Below are positions 53,901 to 63,493 of a stretch of DNA of 64,000 nucleotides, one piece after another. The stretch lies in assembly GCA_000092065.1 (NCBI GenBank), contig CP000588.1. One strand, written 5' to 3'. The DNA comes from Ostreococcus lucimarinus. Lineage: Eukaryota. Each line of letters begins with the position of its first letter. The first letter of the stretch is position 1. The notes beneath the pieces were generated by a model that was given only the letters and a program-made list of their open reading frames with translations, ran no database searches and was not told the origin of the DNA. The position numbers and the translations under genes are program-made.

Positions 53901-54302
53901 ACGAACGACGCATTTTTTCGCGTCGCGCACGTCCTCCACGCGCACCGTCTTATTTTCTCCGCCCTCCCACTCGACGTCGCCGCTCGCGCGTCGGCGCACG
54001 CACTTAAACGCCACCCCATCGACACCGACGTCCACGTCCGCGCGCGCGCACCACGCGTCACCGTCCGTCCACTGTAACTCCAACGCTCGGTCGACGTTCC
54101 ACGCGCCGAGGGCGTCGGCGTCGCCGACGAGCGCGAGGGAATCGCCGTAGTCGAGCTGCGCGGTGATTGCAAAGTGAAACTCGATCGACGCGCGCGAAGC
54201 GATCGACGCGCGCGGTCGCGAACGCGCGCGCGGGGACGCGCGCGTTTGACTCGGTGCGCGCGCCGGGCGCGCGCGAGGCGCGAAGGCGCGTCGCGTCTGC
54301 AT
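50970..54302 (-). CDS. PWD: phosphoglucan, water dikinase (PWD/GWD3-type: N-terminal CBM20 starch-binding domain + PEP-utilising phosphohistidine/nucleotide-binding domains) with transit peptide
   Basis: N-terminus MQTRRAFAPRARPARAPSQTRASPRARSRPRASIASRASIEF (transit-like), then CBM20 FHFAITAQLDYGDSLALVGDADALGAWNVDRALELQWTDGDAWCARADV...FKCV. C-terminal pyruvate-phosphate-dikinase-type PEP/ATP-binding region ...FVVPFGSMEASI...SSANVEDLSGMSAAGLYESV...AVIIVQSRPQPI. Confidence 0.8.
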   Translation of the reverse strand: MQTRRAFAPRARPARAPSQTRASPRARSRPRASIASRASIEFHFAITAQLDYGDSLALVGDADALGAWNVDRALELQWTDGDAWCARADVDVGVDGVAFKCVRRRASGDVEWEGGENKTVRVEDVRDAKKCVVRGVYGDGACAVTRDGGGGGGGGETREDARAEARDDDGGGGEPPSVSTSAKGWSGGEVRMMQSNEHTSDRPATMRWDVGNLEEASAARAVVLADESGGSWFEKLAAVANQIGIGKEITRDKLAVSATYLRWISTGTIKCVESGGHRRPNGPAMVGRGIFISMEQVQGAMYRHGTDLGEVERVVMRQVHPWLPSFNEEFTNAVPLTRIRDIAHRNDIPEDLKKTIKHTIQNKLHRNAGPEDLIATEVVLERITAREGEYSEDFVREFREFHRELKRFFNATGVFERLDSLRGTLDEETEPLIGELSELQHSLNNLNDGWLNHEGATLRHTLDVCTRLRSYFCAGLSTGMRNDAPDDSVRQRHAWRQVEMSLEEYAFVLLARCNNLMEREKSDNMQHAANVSALALKHIGLSGWKSLETGIIARELMSWTTSTPAIEDGNAALRLKATLQRARRLIESQTRAVMSGFGDAPAQLADAFGLEHHVGATFVESVIRASVAFQLSRTIEMMSEVVERNVDGDGFDPIVPGDAQGVLVLLDRLNPESVQVHGDKDIIAFVSEVDGDEEISSAGSNVKGVILRDELAHLSHLAIRARQERTPLVSALSGEARSKVSTRVGKDTVLNVSSLHTELRDFDGTRDSRESGHAVSHAAVSPTACAMVNVMTCLPLAEATISNAGAKSSTCSRLAIIARDSAAFKAPSGFVVPFGSMEASIRDEERFGQLLLALESVSVHDIDDACSAIQSFIVENLPEREIVERACSALDASARLVVRSSANVEDLSGMSAAGLYESVVGIDAQNVTEVQRAIADVWASLYSRRAVLARRAAGVKQSEARMAVLAQELSPNALSFVLHTQSPIRGAKSVQAEVCVGLGETLASGIDGTPWRFEIDRATGAVDVLAYANHASSLRCRYGAPTFGKVTMESVDYSRQELSTNADARARLGRRLLKAAIELETALGAAQDVEGGVLGDDEAVIIVQSRPQPI

Positions 54303-54443
54303 CTGCGGAAGCTCCGCGCCGAGACAGTTACCGCGAGGCGACGACGGCGCGAAGAAGAAGAAGAAACCAATGCAGGCGCTAAATTACAACGCCGCGGAGC
54401 GAACTCGCGCGATTCGAAACGATGATGAAAACAATCGGTGAAA

Positions 54444-55733
54444 TCACTCTGCGCTGGCCTCTTTAGCGCGCGTGTTGACGAAATAAATTCCGACGAGCGT
54501 CACCGCCGCGCCGCCGAGTTGGGTGGCGCTGAGCGTCTCGTCCAGGGTGAGATACCCGAGCGCGGCGGCGAACATCGGAGTGAGGAACGTGAGCGAGCTG
54601 AGTTTCGTGAGTGACCCCTTGGTGGCAAAGTAGAAGAAGGCGCCGTAGGCGACGGCGCCGCCGAAGACCGACGCGTACAACAGCGACGCGACGTCGGCGC
54701 CGCTCAGAGACAAATGCGAATAAAGTTCCGGTTCCGTGGCGAGAGAGTACGCGAGCAAAGGCACGCCGCCGAGCGCCATGTGCCACCCGGTCGCCATCAC
54801 CGGGTCGACGTACTTGCACACCCATCGCACCATGACTGTGCCGACGGCCATGGACTGCGCCGCGAGCAACATCCACCACTCGCCGCTGTCCCACAACGAT
54901 CCTTCGAGGCGCAACGCGCTGAGCGCGTCGGCGCCGTCGCTGTTCACAACGGATTTCAACGCATCTTCCGGAAGTTCGAGCAATAACAGACCGAGAACGC
55001 CGAGCGCCAATCCCGCGACGCCCTCGACGCCGAGCGTCTCGCCGAAGAAAATCGACGCCAAAATCGCCACCGTGAGCGGTTGCGAATCGATGATCACCGA
55101 ACCTAACCCCGCCGACGTGCGCTGCAATCCTTCCGCGAGAAACCCTTGAAACATGGCGGCGTCGACGACGGCGAACGCCGCGACGGCGCCCCACGCCGTC
55201 GCCGTCTTCGGCATCGGTCGACCCTTACTCAGCGCCCACGCCACTAAAATCAACCCCGACGGAATCAATCGCACCGACGCGACGAACATCGGCGACGTCA
55301 CCGGCAAAACCCCTTTCATCGCCACCATCGACGTCCCCCACAGAAAAAACGGCGACACGAGCGCCAAATTCGCCGCCGCGCCGCCGCTCGCGCTCGCCGC
55401 CGCGCTCGCCCCCGCGCTCGCCCCCGCCTCGTCCGCGAGCGCCTCCGCGTCGCACGACGCCTCCATCCCGACCCCCACGCACTCCACCCCGCGCGCCTCG
55501 CGCGTCGGTTCCGGGATCACGCACTCCGCGCCCATCGTCGACGCCACGCACTCGACGCCCGCGTCGTCGTCCTCCTCGCGTCGCGTCGTCGTCGCCGCCG
55601 TCGCCGCCGTCTTCGTCTCCGACGACGACGACGCGCGTCTCGTCGTTCGCTCGCGCGGTCGCGTCGCGCGCCGCGTCGCGCGCGCGCGCGTCGTCGGCGT
55701 CGTCGCGCGATGCGTCGCGATCGTCATCGTCAT
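54444..55733 (-). CDS. EamA/DMT-superfamily membrane transporter with transit-peptide-like N-terminus
   Basis: Two EamA-type halves with about 10 predicted TM helices (LALVSPFFLWGTSMVAMKGVLPVTSPMFVASVRLIPSGLILVAWAL...; ...ASLLYASVFGGAVAYGAFFYFATKGSLTKLSSLTFLTPMFAAALGYL). N-terminal MTMTIATHRATTPTTRARATRRATRPRERTTRRASSSSETK is Thr/Arg-rich. Confidence 0.75.
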   Translation of the reverse strand: MTMTIATHRATTPTTRARATRRATRPRERTTRRASSSSETKTAATAATTTRREEDDDAGVECVASTMGAECVIPEPTREARGVECVGVGMEASCDAEALADEAGASAGASAAASASGGAAANLALVSPFFLWGTSMVAMKGVLPVTSPMFVASVRLIPSGLILVAWALSKGRPMPKTATAWGAVAAFAVVDAAMFQGFLAEGLQRTSAGLGSVIIDSQPLTVAILASIFFGETLGVEGVAGLALGVLGLLLLELPEDALKSVVNSDGADALSALRLEGSLWDSGEWWMLLAAQSMAVGTVMVRWVCKYVDPVMATGWHMALGGVPLLAYSLATEPELYSHLSLSGADVASLLYASVFGGAVAYGAFFYFATKGSLTKLSSLTFLTPMFAAALGYLTLDETLSATQLGGAAVTLVGIYFVNTRAKEASAE

Positions 55734-56218
55734 CGTCGCGGCGTCGTCTCGGCGCGGCGCGCGTCGCCGCGCGTCGCCGCGACGGGTCGAGGGTTCGCTC
55801 GCGCGTCCGGCGCGCGTCCGGCGCGCGCGCGCGCGTGCGCGGTCGCGCGACGGGTCGGCGCGCGGTCGCGTCGCGCGCCATCGTCATCGTCGCACTGTTT
55901 GCGCATAGAACCCACAGCCACACGAGTCACGAACCCTAATTGTGCGCGCGCGACACACTCGACCGCGCGCGACGCCCGCGCGACGCCGCGAACGCTCGAC
56001 GAGGTGCGCGCGCGATCGATCGCGCGTCGATCGTTCGCGCGCGCGCGCCGGCCGCGCTCGGACGCGCGATCGAGCGCGACGCGCGAACGAACGATCGACG
56101 CGGACGCGAACGCACGCGCGCGACGCGAACGAACGCGCGCGACGCGAACGACGACGAGAGGACTGACGGCGACGCGGACGCGACGCGGACGCGACGCAGG
56201 CGCTCGGTCGCGCGCGAG

Positions 56219-56233
56219 ATGGTGGACTCGAAG
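56219..56233 (+). CDS. putative 5-codon 5' micro-exon (MVDSK) of the HMG-box gene (inferred)
   Basis: ATG GTG GAC TCG AAG|GTGCGA donor at 56234. TAG acceptor at 56383-56385 opens frame NALRLTDESSPEPPKRAMTAYLIF, restoring the PKRA start of HMG box 1 that lies upstream of the first in-frame ATG (56437). Confidence 0.25.
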
Positions 56234-56436
56234 GTGCGACGACGACGACGACGCGAACGGGTGATTTCGATTTCGGGCGCGCGCGCCAACGGCTTTTTAA
56301 ACCGCGCGGCGAATCGGACGAATTGGACGCGGGAGGGGGCGATCGCGGGCGCGAGACTGACGAAAACGCGGCGAACGCGCGATAGAATGCGTTGCGGTTG
56401 ACGGATGAGAGCTCGCCGGAGCCGCCGAAACGGGCC

Positions 56437-57291
56437 ATGACGGCGTATTTGATCTTTTGCAGCAAGCATCGCGAGCGAGTGATGCGGGAGGTGCACGGAG
56501 ACGACGGCGCGCGGAAGTTTTCGCGAGACGAAATGCAGTTAGTGACGACGCGGTTGGCGGAGATGTGGAATAACATTTCGGAGAAGGAGAAGAAGGAGGT
56601 GCAGGCGAAGGCGGCCGCGGCGAAGGCGGAGTATGAGATGCAGAAGGCTGCGTTTTCGCCGGCGTTGCTGAAGAAGTTGCATCGGTTGAAGAGCAAACCG
56701 AAGGGAACGGTCGTCGTGGAGGCGCAGGGTGAAAAGCCCGTGCGCGCCAAAACGGCGTATTTGATCTTCTGTGGTAAGCATCGCGCGGCGGTGATGCGGA
56801 AGATTCATCCGGAACCAGAGGCCAAGTTTACGCGCGCTGAGATGCAGCAAGTCACCACGGAGTTGGCTGCGTTGTGGAATAACATCTCCCCGCAGGAGCT
56901 CGCCGAATGCAAGGCGGCGGCGGCGAAAGAGCTCGAGCGATACAAGCAGTTGAAAGCAGAATACCGCCCGCCGGTGTACGGGCCATCCAAGCGGAACAAA
57001 GGCAAGAGCGTGCCGGGCAAGCCCAAGCGCGCTCCCACCGCGTACCTCATCTTTGCCGAAGAGTTGCGCGCCAGAATCAGACAGGAGCGACCGCATTTGA
57101 AGCACGACGAAATCTCTCAAAAACTGTCTACGGCCTGGAAGGAGATCGACGAAGCCTCCAAGAGAATCTTCCAGCAAAAGGCGGACGCAATCAAGGCGGA
57201 TCTCATGCAAAACATGCCGAGTTCTGTGATGCTCACGGGCCTGGAACACTCCTTACCGGAGCCACACTACAATACGCACATGTACCCCTAA
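56437..57291 (+). CDS. HMG-box protein with three tandem HMG boxes (coordinates from first in-frame ATG; true N-terminus probably upstream via a 5' intron)
   Basis: Three repeats of the HMGB pattern PK(R/A)..TAYLIF...HR..VMR...P......(E/D)M..V...LA..W..(I/L)S..EK...(A/E)...KAEYE. The box-1 consensus residues PPKRA precede the first ATG; the track ORF starts at TTG 56392, with a stop at 56383-56385. Confidence 0.8.
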   Translation: MTAYLIFCSKHRERVMREVHGDDGARKFSRDEMQLVTTRLAEMWNNISEKEKKEVQAKAAAAKAEYEMQKAAFSPALLKKLHRLKSKPKGTVVVEAQGEKPVRAKTAYLIFCGKHRAAVMRKIHPEPEAKFTRAEMQQVTTELAALWNNISPQELAECKAAAAKELERYKQLKAEYRPPVYGPSKRNKGKSVPGKPKRAPTAYLIFAEELRARIRQERPHLKHDEISQKLSTAWKEIDEASKRIFQQKADAIKADLMQNMPSSVMLTGLEHSLPEPHYNTHMYP

Positions 57292-57326
57292 TTGTGGGCA
57301 CAAAGCTCATAGCAAGAGTAGACGCA

Positions 57327-57331
57327 TGTAA
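57327..57331 (+). promoter_or_regulatory. putative TGTAA poly(A) signal of the HMG-box gene, 36 nt after its stop
   Basis: gcaTGTAAcag downstream of the stop at 57289-57291. Similar TGTAA elements occur after the stops of the DUF3883 gene (minus, plus coordinates 1890-1894), chlG (minus, 11897-11901) and overlapping the JmjC stop (20449-20453). Confidence 0.35.
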
Positions 57332-57375
57332 CAGATTACCACGACTTACTATGAATGATTTTTTATCATCACATT

Positions 57376-59754
57376 CTAACTTTCGAGTAGGCGCAACGCG
57401 CGCTCCTCGAGTGATTCTAACTTTTCGTCTGCGGTCATCATTCCTGCGACGGCGGGGTCGATAACATTCTTCTTGCGCGGAACGTCGCGATCGTCATCCG
57501 ATTCGCTAAAGTCACCTAAACTATCTTCTGAGTCCGAACCGCCTAACGTGACATCGGCGCCGCCCTCGTCTTCAGCGTTGCGAAGCTTTTGCTTTTTGCG
57601 CTGGCGGCCCTCGCGAAGGCGCGCCTTTTCACGCCCTTTGTCCACTCGGTCGGCATCCTTGCGCTCGGCCGCGACTTCTGCGTAACGCGCCTTCACGGCC
57701 ACTCGCAGACTTTCACCTGGTGCGCTCACTTCTTCTATGCCACTCTTTACCCCGAGCGCCTGGAGTGGCGCCATGGACGTCCCGTCCTCGTCGAAGACGA
57801 CGCGTTTGTTCGCGCCGTGACCACTCTCCTTGATTTTCAGCTTGCCCTTGAGCGCGCGCTTTCGCGCGATTTCTGCCGCCTTTTTGTCGGCGTTATACTT
57901 TTCTGCGTCGTCGGACTCGGAATCACTACCCACGAGCTTGTGATTTGTGCGTTTGACATTCATAAAATCGTCGTCGTCGTCCTCGCCTTTTTCGACGACT
58001 AGACCAAATCTACCACCACCCTTGCGTTGAATGACACCCTCCTTCGGGAGCGGAACGGTTTCTTCACTTGTACTTTCATCAGTGTCGTTGTCCTCGTCGT
58101 CATCATCGTCGCCAGCATCATCGCTCGCCTCATCCTCCTCTCGATCACTGGCGTCGTCTTCCGCTTCGTCGTCGTCGTCGGAATCGCTCTCGTCGCGCGC
58201 GCCGGCTGATTTTCCTTGTTGTAAGAATCTCAAGCGCGGTGCGTTCGGTAATCCCATGGAGAATGCGTAGGCATCCATATCGATAGACTTGATGTCGAAG
58301 ACCTTCTTGTTCTTTTGGAGATACACCGATCTCAGATAGCAAATCACTGCGCGTTGCGACAAGTATTTTAAATCACTGTCCTTAGAAAGTAATCCCTGCA
58401 TCGAGCTTTGAATGCGCGAGGACTGCTTTTTGGGGTTGAGTTTGATCGGCTTCAGAGGAACTTTTGCCACCTCGAGCTCTTTCATGAAGTGAGATTCGCC
58501 CGGGGTGAGCATCAATAGACCTTTACCAGCGGCCGTGTACCTTGCCGTTCGTCCGACGCGATGAATGTACGTCGCGACGTCCTCTGGACAATCCGCTTGA
58601 ACGACCCAATCGACGGATGGGAAATCTAAACCACGACTTGCGACGTCTGTCGCGAACAAAACTGTTTCCTTGGCGTTGCAGAAGTTGTAAAACACGCCCT
58701 GGCGTCGCGCCTGTTTCAATCGTCCGTGAATGCACTGCAGCGGCACCCCGGGTCGCATGCGCTTGAAAATTTCGTACACAAACTTCACCTGCTTACAGCT
58801 CGAGAAAAACACGAGCGTCTTCGCGTTCAAGTGAGTCTTTATGAATGACCACAGCACTTCAATTTTCTTCTCAAGCGCGCATGTGGTGACCATTTGTTGC
58901 AGCTTGGGCGGTGTCGAATGTACGCTCTCCGCATGCACTGATAAGTATTCGGGATCCTTCAACCCAAGTCGCGCCAAATCCTTTACGCTCTTCGTCTGCG
59001 TCGCACTGAACAGCAGTGTTTGACGATTCTTTGGCAAGTTGTCGATGATGGCGTTGAGCGTCTTCGTGAATCCTAAATCCAACATTCGATCCGCCTCATC
59101 GAGTACCAACATTTGCAGCGTCACGCAGTCGAACATCGGCGTCTCATCCATGTGCTGCAACAACCTTCCGGGCGTGCACACTAAAATATTCATCTTATTC
59201 ACCCTATTCGCTTCTTCCTGCACGTCCTTTCCCCCGATCAACAGCCCAGCCGACATCGTGTGCCTCGCGCCCACCTTCGTGAGGCATTGAAAAATCTGAA
59301 TGGCCAACTCTCGCGTCGGCGATATCACCAACGCCCCGACGCCATCCTGCCGTCCCCACTTCTTCCGCCACAGCGATTCGATCAAAGGCACGACGTACGC
59401 CAGCGTCTTCCCACTTCCCGTTTTCGCCGCACCGAGGACGTCTCGTCCGCACAGCGCGTGCGGCAGCGTCGCTCGCTGTATAGCCGTCATCTCCTTAAAT
59501 TTACACTCCCGCAGCGCCGCCTTCGTCGCCTGGCTGATCGGCAGGTGCGCAAACTTCCGCATTCCCATCAGCGACGTCCCCGCGTCGCCGTCGGAGCTCT
59601 TACGCGGCGCGACGGCGAGCGGGTTGTCACCGCTCGCGGGCTTGGTGTCGGCGATGACGGCTTCGATTTCCGCGATTTCCGCATCGACGCGCGCGCTCGC
59701 GGACAGACGCTTCGTCGTTTTCGCGCGCGCCTTTGTGTTTTTATCTTTCGCCAT
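57376..59754 (-). CDS. DDX10: DEAD-box ATP-dependent RNA helicase, DDX10/Dbp4-like (ribosome biogenesis)
   Basis: Q-motif/motif I region FAHLPISQATKAALRECKFKEMTAIQRATLPHALCGRDVLGAAKTGSGKTLAYVVP. PTRELA, DEAD (VLDEADRMLDLGF), SAT, HRVGRTAR. Long Lys/acidic C-terminal extension as in DDX10. Start at ATG 59752-59754 (MAKDKNTKARAK...); the Arg-rich track extension to 60288 is rejected. Confidence 0.85.
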   Translation of the reverse strand: MAKDKNTKARAKTTKRLSASARVDAEIAEIEAVIADTKPASGDNPLAVAPRKSSDGDAGTSLMGMRKFAHLPISQATKAALRECKFKEMTAIQRATLPHALCGRDVLGAAKTGSGKTLAYVVPLIESLWRKKWGRQDGVGALVISPTRELAIQIFQCLTKVGARHTMSAGLLIGGKDVQEEANRVNKMNILVCTPGRLLQHMDETPMFDCVTLQMLVLDEADRMLDLGFTKTLNAIIDNLPKNRQTLLFSATQTKSVKDLARLGLKDPEYLSVHAESVHSTPPKLQQMVTTCALEKKIEVLWSFIKTHLNAKTLVFFSSCKQVKFVYEIFKRMRPGVPLQCIHGRLKQARRQGVFYNFCNAKETVLFATDVASRGLDFPSVDWVVQADCPEDVATYIHRVGRTARYTAAGKGLLMLTPGESHFMKELEVAKVPLKPIKLNPKKQSSRIQSSMQGLLSKDSDLKYLSQRAVICYLRSVYLQKNKKVFDIKSIDMDAYAFSMGLPNAPRLRFLQQGKSAGARDESDSDDDDEAEDDASDREEDEASDDAGDDDDDEDNDTDESTSEETVPLPKEGVIQRKGGGRFGLVVEKGEDDDDDFMNVKRTNHKLVGSDSESDDAEKYNADKKAAEIARKRALKGKLKIKESGHGANKRVVFDEDGTSMAPLQALGVKSGIEEVSAPGESLRVAVKARYAEVAAERKDADRVDKGREKARLREGRQRKKQKLRNAEDEGGADVTLGGSDSEDSLGDFSESDDDRDVPRKKNVIDPAVAGMMTADEKLESLEERALRLLES

Positions 59755-59948
59755 CGCGCGCGGCGCGGGCGCGGACGCGGGCGGGACGAGGCGCCGAGTG
59801 AAGCGCCGCCGCCGCCGCCGGTCGAGCTCGGGAAACTGTTGGACGCGCGACGCGACGAGCGACGAGCCGCGATGGATGCGAGGGCGAGACGCGCGTCGAA
59901 AGGACGAGCGCGCGGCTGGCGCATCGTGACGATCTTTTTTGAATGAAA

Positions 59949-61580
59949 TCACACTCTCGGATCGATGGTTTGAAGCTTTTCGGGAAGGCGGTGATCGGCG
60001 CTCGGGAGCGACACCATCGCGTCCGCCTTGACGGTGACCTCGTGGAGGGCGCGACGATAGCGATAACGCACGCGCAAATGCTTGTCCTCGCCGGGACACG
60101 GATCGCAGAATCCGAGGAGATCGCACATGGCAACGTTTTCGTACAGATCGAGGGTGTCGTTGTCGACCATGAATTGAAGCGCGCGCGTGACGTCGACGTA
60201 CGGCGGCGGCGACGCCGCGGGCTTCGGGGCGTCTGGGCTGCCTTCTTCCGTTGAATTCGCGTTCGGCGACTGCGACGAGGGCGACCACGTCCGGAAGTTC
60301 GGAATGATTGGTGCGTCTTTAACGGTGTTTCGTCGCGGATCGAACGCGCCGAAGACGGCGCTTTCGATGACAAGACCGCCGCGCTCTCGCGCGGCGCGCG
60401 CCTTTTTATCAGCCGTCTCGGCGATCATTTTCGTCGCAGAGTGCGCTTCACGCATCGCCACGAGAATGGTCCGTTTGTTCTTCTCCCTAGCCGCGAGCTG
60501 ACGCTTGCGGATGTATCGATTCATGATCGGTCGCGCCACGAAGTGGCGCAACAGCGCGATGGCGATGGGCGGCAGCGTAAACGCCAACAGCGACTTGCGC
60601 CATGTCACCATCGGCGTTAATAATATTGGCACCACGAATCGCTGTCCTTGTCTGTTCACTCTAAATCGAAGCGAAAGCCCTCGCAAGCTGACGACGATAC
60701 TAGCGCCGAGCGCGGTGTCCTCGTCCACTTGCTTCGTCGCGCCGACGTCGAGCTCGGCGCCCGCGGTGCCTAATTTCCAACCCACCCTGTACACCCTTTT
60801 TTCGTCCATTTGTCGAATGAAATGCCCATTCAATCCACTCGCCGCTACCCCAACGCTAAAATCGCACTTGACGGCATTCTTACCGAACGCGTGCGTCGCC
60901 CCGGTGGACATCGACGACACCGGTCCGACGTTCCACGTCAAATGCCCCCTCGTTTGCGCAAACAGCTGGCGCTGAAGCATGAGCTGCAACCCGAACCCTT
61001 GCTGCGCGATATAATTATGTGACACCGCCCCCGTGGTGTGCGTCGTGAGCTGCCTCGTCACCGTCGCCGTCACCGCGCTCGTCTGCCCCGTCTGCGCGCT
61101 CACGTCGAGCGACGTCAACGGCGAAAACGCTCGTCGCCACCCTAATATAAAATTCCCCGCCCCACGTCCCCCTCGCGTCGTTCCCTGCGTCACCGTGTAC
61201 ACCGCATCCTCCTCGCTCAGCGGTATCTCCATCGAATTCTGCAGCGACACGCTCGTCAAATCCAACCCGGGATTATTCGTAAACGCCGCTCGCCGACGCG
61301 CTATGCTCTCCTCCATCAAATGCGCCGCACTGAACCCGAACACGTACGTCCCGCTGTGATTCAACCGCGCCTCCGCCGCTTCCTTCGTCTCTTTCGCGCG
61401 CCGTCGCTCGTATTCGATTCGCATCTCCTCCGTCGTTTTCCCTCTCGCGCCGAGCTCGCGTCCCGCCCGCACGCCATCCATCCCGTACGCGTCGTACGTC
61501 CGTCGCGCGTCCGCATCGCTCAGCACCTCGTACGCCTCGCTCAGCGCCGCGAACGCGCGTTGCGCCGCCTCCGTCGCGCC

Positions 61581-61618
<38 letters not shown>

Positions 61619-61772
61619 GGTCGCGGCGTCGTCGCGGCTGTTTATCTGGATGCAACGCCGCCGCGAGCTTTCGGTACGCGCGCTTGATCTCGTCGGCCTC
61701 GGCGTCGCGCGCGACGCCGAGCGCGGCGTACAGATCGCGCGCGCTCGTCGACGCGTCGTCCGCGCGCGACAT
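59949..61772 (-). CDS. DNAJC11: DnaJ homolog subfamily C member 11-like (J domain + DUF3395; mitochondrial MICOS-associated)
   Basis: J domain [32 protein letters not shown]...[29 protein letters not shown] with HPD motif and a poly-Asp insertion after HPD. C-terminal DUF3395-like ...[55 protein letters not shown]. Start at ATG 61770-61772 ([18 protein letters not shown]). Confidence 0.75.
61584..61616. repeat. (GTC)11 microsatellite, which is (GAC)11 on the coding strand; encodes an 11-Asp insertion inside the J domain of the DNAJC11-like gene
   Basis: Perfect 33-nt run. Translated in the minus frame it gives [11 protein letters not shown] between HPDK and helix III of the J domain. Confidence 0.95.
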
Positions 61773-61853
61773 GGCGCGGCGCGCGCGACGGAGTGACGAG
61801 ATTGGAATCCGAACGCGAATCCACAGACGGCGACGCGCGCGAACGACGGCGCG
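61773..61853. promoter_or_regulatory. 81-bp bidirectional promoter region between DNAJC11-like (minus) and ARP6 (plus) start codons
   Basis: Head-to-head ATGs at 61770-61772 and 61854-61856. Confidence 0.5.
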
Positions 61854-63455
61854 ATGGCGCCGAAGCGCGGCGCGCGCGACGGCGCGCGCGCGCCCTCGAC
61901 CGCGGCGGATCGACCGGCGGCGTCGAGCCTGCGCGGGGACGTCACGGTGGTCGTCGACCTCGGAGGGTCGAGCCTGAAACTGTGCGTCGCCGAGGACGGC
62001 GCGACGGCGACGCGAAGCGCGCCGAACGCGAGCGCGCGCGTCAAGGCGAGCGATGGCGCCGGGTTCGTGACGCTGCGGGGCGAGGAGATCGATGGGGTGG
62101 TGGACGTGAACGGATTGGCGCTGCGACGGCCGTGCGACCGCGGGTACGTCGTGCACTGGGAGCAACAGCGGGAGATATTAGACGACGCGCTGCGGCGAAC
62201 GCTCGGCGTGGATCCGACGCGGTGCGATTTGATCATCACCGAACCGCCGTTCGCGCTGCCGCGCACGCGAGAGGCGCTGGATGAGATGGTGTTTGAATAT
62301 TTTGGGTTTCGGCGGGCGTTGGTGACGACGCCGGCGAAACTGACGAAACGATTCGCCGATTTCGTGGACGCGAAGAAACGAGACGCGAAGGATTTGTGCG
62401 TCGTCGCGCGATCTGGGGTGGTTTTGGATTGTGGGTTTTCTTTCGCGCACGCGACGGCGTTTGTGGATGGGACCGAGGTGCCGCGCGGGATCAAGCGGTT
62501 GAACCTCGGGGGAAAGGCGTTGACGAATTATTTAAAAGAACTCGTTAGCTTTCGACAATGGAACATGATGGACGAAAGCGCGGTGATCGAGGACGTGAAG
62601 GAAAAGATGTGCTACGTCGCCGACGATGCTTTGGCGGAATTGGAGAAGTGCAAGGCGAAGCGAGGTGGAACGGTGAAGCGCGAGTACGTATTGCCAGACG
62701 GAATACACGTCTTGCGAGGGTTCGTGCGCGAGGACAGCGCAAACGTGGACAAGAAGGATGGTTCAGACGACGACGAAGAATTATCGGAATCTGACGAAGA
62801 TGATGACGATTTCGGTGCTTCAGGGAGGACAAAGAAACGACCGAAGAAGAAGGTGCCGAAGGAAAAGAAAGTTAAAATTCCCAAAAAGGATGAACCAGAG
62901 CACCAATTCTTGACGCTCGTCAACGAGCGCTTCATGGTGCCGGAGGTGCTATTTCATCCGAGCGATATCGGCGGACGGCAGTGTGGGGTAGCGGAGTTAG
63001 TGACACAGGCAGTGGAAAACGAGGATTTGTCTAACGAAGCCATGCGAGCGCTCGCCTACCTCGACGTCATTGTCACTGGGGGGTGCTCAAAGTTTCCAAA
63101 CTTTATGGAACGCTTTGAGCGCGAATTACGGCCGCTGGTCTCGGAGTCGTACATGTTGCGCATCCGGCAAATGGATGATCCAATTCAAGCGGCTTGCTTA
63201 GGCGGCGTCGATATCGCGAAGGATCGGGAATTTTTCGAGAAACATGCGCTCACGAAGGAGGAGTACCTGGCGAACAAGACGAGTATTCGCGCCGCGCACG
63301 AGAGTTTGGAATTCGAGCCAAACGTTCGCACCGGGCGTTTGCGTGAATACGCCGCGACGCCGAACCTAAAAAAACTGGACAAGAAGCGCATCATCGAGGA
63401 TTGTGAAAAGCTGACGCCTAGTTTCGAGCGGGACATCATTCACGCGTCCGCGTGA
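61854..63455 (+). CDS. ARP6: actin-related protein 6 (ARP6; SWR1/H2A.Z-deposition complex subunit) with lineage-specific charged insertion
   Basis: [18 protein letters not shown]..., [107 protein letters not shown] align closely with human ACTR6 ([60 protein letters not shown]). About 60-aa acidic/basic insert not present in ACTR6. Confidence 0.85.
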   Translation: MAPKRGARDGARAPSTAADRPAASSLRGDVTVVVDLGGSSLKLCVAEDGATATRSAPNASARVKASDGAGFVTLRGEEIDGVVDVNGLALRRPCDRGYVVHWEQQREILDDALRRTLGVDPTRCDLIITEPPFALPRTREALDEMVFEYFGFRRALVTTPAKLTKRFADFVDAKKRDAKDLCVVARSGVVLDCGFSFAHATAFVDGTEVPRGIKRLNLGGKALTNYLKELVSFRQWNMMDESAVIEDVKEKMCYVADDALAELEKCKAKRGGTVKREYVLPDGIHVLRGFVREDSANVDKKDGSDDDEELSESDEDDDDFGASGRTKKRPKKKVPKEKKVKIPKKDEPEHQFLTLVNERFMVPEVLFHPSDIGGRQCGVAELVTQAVENEDLSNEAMRALAYLDVIVTGGCSKFPNFMERFERELRPLVSESYMLRIRQMDDPIQAACLGGVDIAKDREFFEKHALTKEEYLANKTSIRAAHESLEFEPNVRTGRLREYAATPNLKKLDKKRIIEDCEKLTPSFERDIIHASA

Positions 63456-63493
63456 TAATTTGTGTTCTACGTTTTAGCGATTGTCAATACTGT

